Below, piece by piece: positions 60,601-64,000 of a stretch of 64,000 nucleotides of DNA. The first letter of the stretch is position 1. Each line of letters begins with the position of its first letter. The notes under the pieces are model-generated. The model worked only from the letters and a program-made list of their open reading frames with translations, made no database searches and was not told where the DNA came from. The stretch lies in assembly GCF_009914755.1 (NCBI RefSeq), contig NC_060927.1; one strand, 5' to 3'. Both the position numbers and the translations under genes were made by a program. This stretch comes from the human T2T-CHM13v2.0 reference genome, Homo sapiens.

Positions 60601-62719
60601 TTCTCTCCCTTCGTCTCTTCTGCCTTCCCTTCCTCTTCCCCACTTCCCTTTTATATCTCCTTGACCATCCCGTTGCATTATATCATATCCTTCATCAAAG
60701 AGGGAAAGAGGCCCACCTTTTGTACAATATGTAGGCCTGATGTTTTTTAAAAAAGAGTTATTTATCTCAAACAGGCTCAGTCACTGCTAAGAGTGTAGAA
60801 AGGTACTTTCTTTCCTTGAATCTGTACATTTTCACTATAGGAAGGGCTATTTAGTGCACTTCTCCAGCAATGTAGCCAAAAAGGGCTAATGCATTTTAAA
60901 CATTTAACCATGACCAAAATTTGGAGCTGAAAACTAGTGATGTGATAAAAATATTTTCAACATATTTACAGTATTTTTAACCCCATATGAATCTTTGTCC
61001 CGAGGGGAGCAAATCTGCCTCCAAGGGAAGGCACTTTTTAAATTATCTATCTTATTTTCAGAAACACAGATAGCCTTCAAGTAACTTACCAAGACCACCA
61101 TGGCACCTTTTGGCCTCACCTATATCGCCTATGCAGAAGAGATAAAACTTTCCTTTAGTTCCTGGCAACATGACCCATAGAGGGTTAAAAGAGAATTTTT
61201 GCACTAACCTTTTATTTATATATAAGGTGCAGGTGTAGACAACTGAATGGAAATAAAGGGGAAGTATAGTTTGGGTAAACATTTACGTTTTAATTTTCTC
61301 TTAATTTCTTGAGGCCCATTATGTGTTTATCAAGGCATGCAACAGCTTTAAGTTAACAATGCAACAATGCATCATTAAATGTATACCAGATGTTCCTGTT
61401 CTGGCACCTATTACTGAGAGCCCTCAACTTGCCTGTCAAGGGAAAGAAAAAAAATGTGTGTTCTCCTTTAATAACTAACACTAACCCATCAAAACAAGGA
61501 GCAATAACAAAAAGACTCTGACACATTGCTTTGATAAAATACTGCATGGAAACTCATTAGTGTAATAGGCTACGGATGAACCAGCATACCCACTCCTCAG
61601 CCATATTCTTGAGGAGCTGAGTAATAAAGACACTCAACAGAAGGTTAAGCCTAAGGATTGAACTGCTGATGCAGTTGGAAATGATGGGCACATAGATTGC
61701 CCTTGTGAATCACAAATACAGAGGACTTGGGAGTTAGATGAAATTGACAGCAAAGAGTATCAGCAAGCCCATTCAGAAAACGGGCAATATGTGTTTTGGA
61801 GGCTCATAAACTAAAATGATACAAAGAAAGTTAGAGCAGATGGCTACAGGGGCATAAACATTCTAAAATGGTTTTTAAAAAGGGAGCTTTTTATGGGAGA
61901 TGTGCAGTTGGATCTGGGAAAGGATTAAAAGTAGGGAAGTTATAACTAGCTCTTCCTTTTTTCTTCTGATTAATTTACCTCCCAGAGAGCAGTTACTTAA
62001 ATAAGATTTCATAGATCCACTGTAGCAAATCCTGTGAAAAGGTGACCTATTTCCCTTGTGGCTGATAGATTTATGGATATCTTTCCATATCAAATCTCAG
62101 CATGGAAAAGTGGCAGGCAGTGGGGAGGAAGAGGAGGGAGACTGGATGAGAATAACTGTACATGTAAAATTTTTGTTGTTCCTTAATTGAACAAAATTAA
62201 TTGAGACAAGTCTGCATTCCTGTTTTGTAGGCAATTTTAATGATTTTTGGATCACAAATGTATTAGAACTAGAATGAAAACCTTTTCAAATGTTAAAATA
62301 GTCCATGCAGTTTGCCTTGTATGAGGGAATATGTTCTCTTTTACCTAAACTGATAAACTCAAGGTTTACCCAGGGAGAAAAAATCAGAAATAATAAAGTT
62401 TAAGGGAGCTGTAAAATTGCTTTGAAATATGTCGCACACATTTTCAAGGCTGCAGCTTTGCCCAGCTACAATTTATGGATGAAGTTCAGATCTCTATGAT
62501 GCTCTAGCATGAAAGTGGCTTCCAGGAACCTTTGGGGATGGGATATTTGGGATTTAGTTTATCTTATTTAATTCTACTTTCTTTGTATTTTCTCTTATAA
62601 ATGAAAACACGGTGTATCAAAGCTTTGTTAATATTGTATTAGTAAATTGAAGCTCCAAACACAGCAATGAAATGCAGAAATCCTCTGTTAGATCATTTAA
62701 ATAGCCTTTCTTATTTCAC

Positions 62720-63110
62720 AGTGTTGTTATTTTTAAACAGCATTGTCGAGGTGTAATTGACATACAACAATGTATATAAGATGTACAATTGGATACTTTT
62801 GACATATGTATACAGTGTGAACCATCATCACAATCAAGATAATGAACATTCTCATTGCCACCAAAAATCTGCACATGCTTGTTGAATATCTCCCCCAATC
62901 CCCAGTAATGACTGATATGCGTTTCATCACTACATATTAACTTGCATTTTCTATTAATAGAGTTTTATATAAGTGGGATTCTACAGTATGTGCTCTGGTG
63001 GGTCTGGCCCTTTCACTGAGCATAATCACTCAGAGATTCACCCTTGCGGTTTCACATACCCGTATTCATTCCTTTTTATTGCTGAGCGGTATTCCATTGT
63101 ATGGATATAC
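62720..63110 (-). mobile_element. L1MB/L1MC 3' end
   Basis: gaggtgtaattgacatacaa...catcacaatcaagataatgaacatt...ctttttattgctgagcggtattccattgtatggatatac. Confidence 0.8.
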
Positions 63111-63539
63111 AAAGTGCTAGGTGATGCTGGGCCCTCTGTTGAAAGGAGTCTAGGAACTGAGTTGGTGATAACAGGAATCCTGCCACCTCCAGGTCCATTC
63201 AGCATGAGGCATGATGGGATGCTTAATAAGTTATATCCTCTCACAAAGGAATTTCTGAACCTGCCATTTGAGAGCATGCCATTGAGTTATGATTCCTATA
63301 ATTGAGGGAATGGAGCTATGCCTCCCACTGAATGATCTGTTGGGCCTTTCGGAACTGAGACCAAAATAAAGAAATTAACATAAATAGTGCACATTGCAAA
63401 TTAGTTGTTTCTGCATCAAAATTAATAAAAGCAATGGACCCAGGTGTCTGGGGATCTTTTCCAAATTCTTTTGGTTTGAATGTACTTAAAGGATTACTAT
63501 TCCAAGCGCCAGGAACTAGGATACTTAAAAAATGACATT

Positions 63540-63660
63540 AAGTGTGTATGTGTATATATATATACACACATGCATATGTACACACACATATATATACACA
63601 TGTTTGTGTATAAATACAGACATATATACATGTGTGTATATATATATATATATAGATATA
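63540..63660. repeat. Compound (TG)/(TA)/(CA) microsatellite
   Basis: gtgtatatatatacacaca...gtgtatatatatatatatatagatata. Confidence 0.85.
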
Positions 63661-63699
63661 AAAGTCATTCTATTTAATGTCATTGAATAGAATGGCACT

Positions 63700-64000
63700 T
63701 TTATTTTTTGTTTTGTTTTGTTTTTTTATTTTATTATTATTATACTTTAAGTTTTAGGGTACATGTGCACAATGTGCAAGTTAGTTACATATGTATACAT
63801 GTGCCATGCTGGTGTGCTGCACCCATTAACTCGTCATTTAGCATTAGGTATATCTCCTAATGCTATCCCTCCCCCCTCCCCCCTCCCCCCACCCCACAAC
63901 ATCACCCCAGAGTGTGATGTCCCCCTTCCTGTGTCCATGTGTTCTCATTGTTCAATTCCCACCTATGAGTGAGAACAAGCGGTGTTTGGTTTTTTGTCCT
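63700..64000 (-). mobile_element. L1PA3-like 3' end running off the window edge
   Basis: T-rich tail then tatactttaagttttagggtacatgtgcacaatgtgc...catgctggtgtgctgcacccattaactcgtcatttagc; full length cannot be determined. Confidence 0.92.

Noticed and set aside
60555-60670. Polypyrimidine tract as splice acceptor or triplex element
   Set aside because: Low-complexity CT-rich sequence without clear mirror symmetry or a convincing downstream exon.

Overview
AT-rich, repeat-dense primate (most likely human) non-coding DNA. I found no host protein-coding exon, RNA gene or CRISPR array. The dominant structure is a pair of full-length (~6.1 kb), retrotranspositionally dead LINE-1 elements in inverted, tail-to-tail orientation: 11641-17778 (+, L1PA4/L1PA3-like ends) and 25987-32135 (-, L1PA5-like ends), separated by ~8.2 kb. 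Each has its own target-site duplication, so they are independent insertions in the ancestral arrangement. They nevertheless share many non-consensus substitutions in a patchy pattern, which points to repeated gene conversion or recurrent inversion between them. The minus-strand copy keeps an ATG-initiated, uninterrupted 151-codon antisense ORF0 and an intact YY1 site. The rest of the window holds an LTR7 (HERV-H) solo LTR nested in MER5A, three Alus, a palindromic MER53, several hAT fossils, many L1M/L2/MIR/MLT1 fragments, and about six repeat-free, motif-dense islands that look like developmental enhancers. Subfamily calls and consensus comparisons are from memory of Repbase/Dfam, and boundaries of old repeats are approximate.
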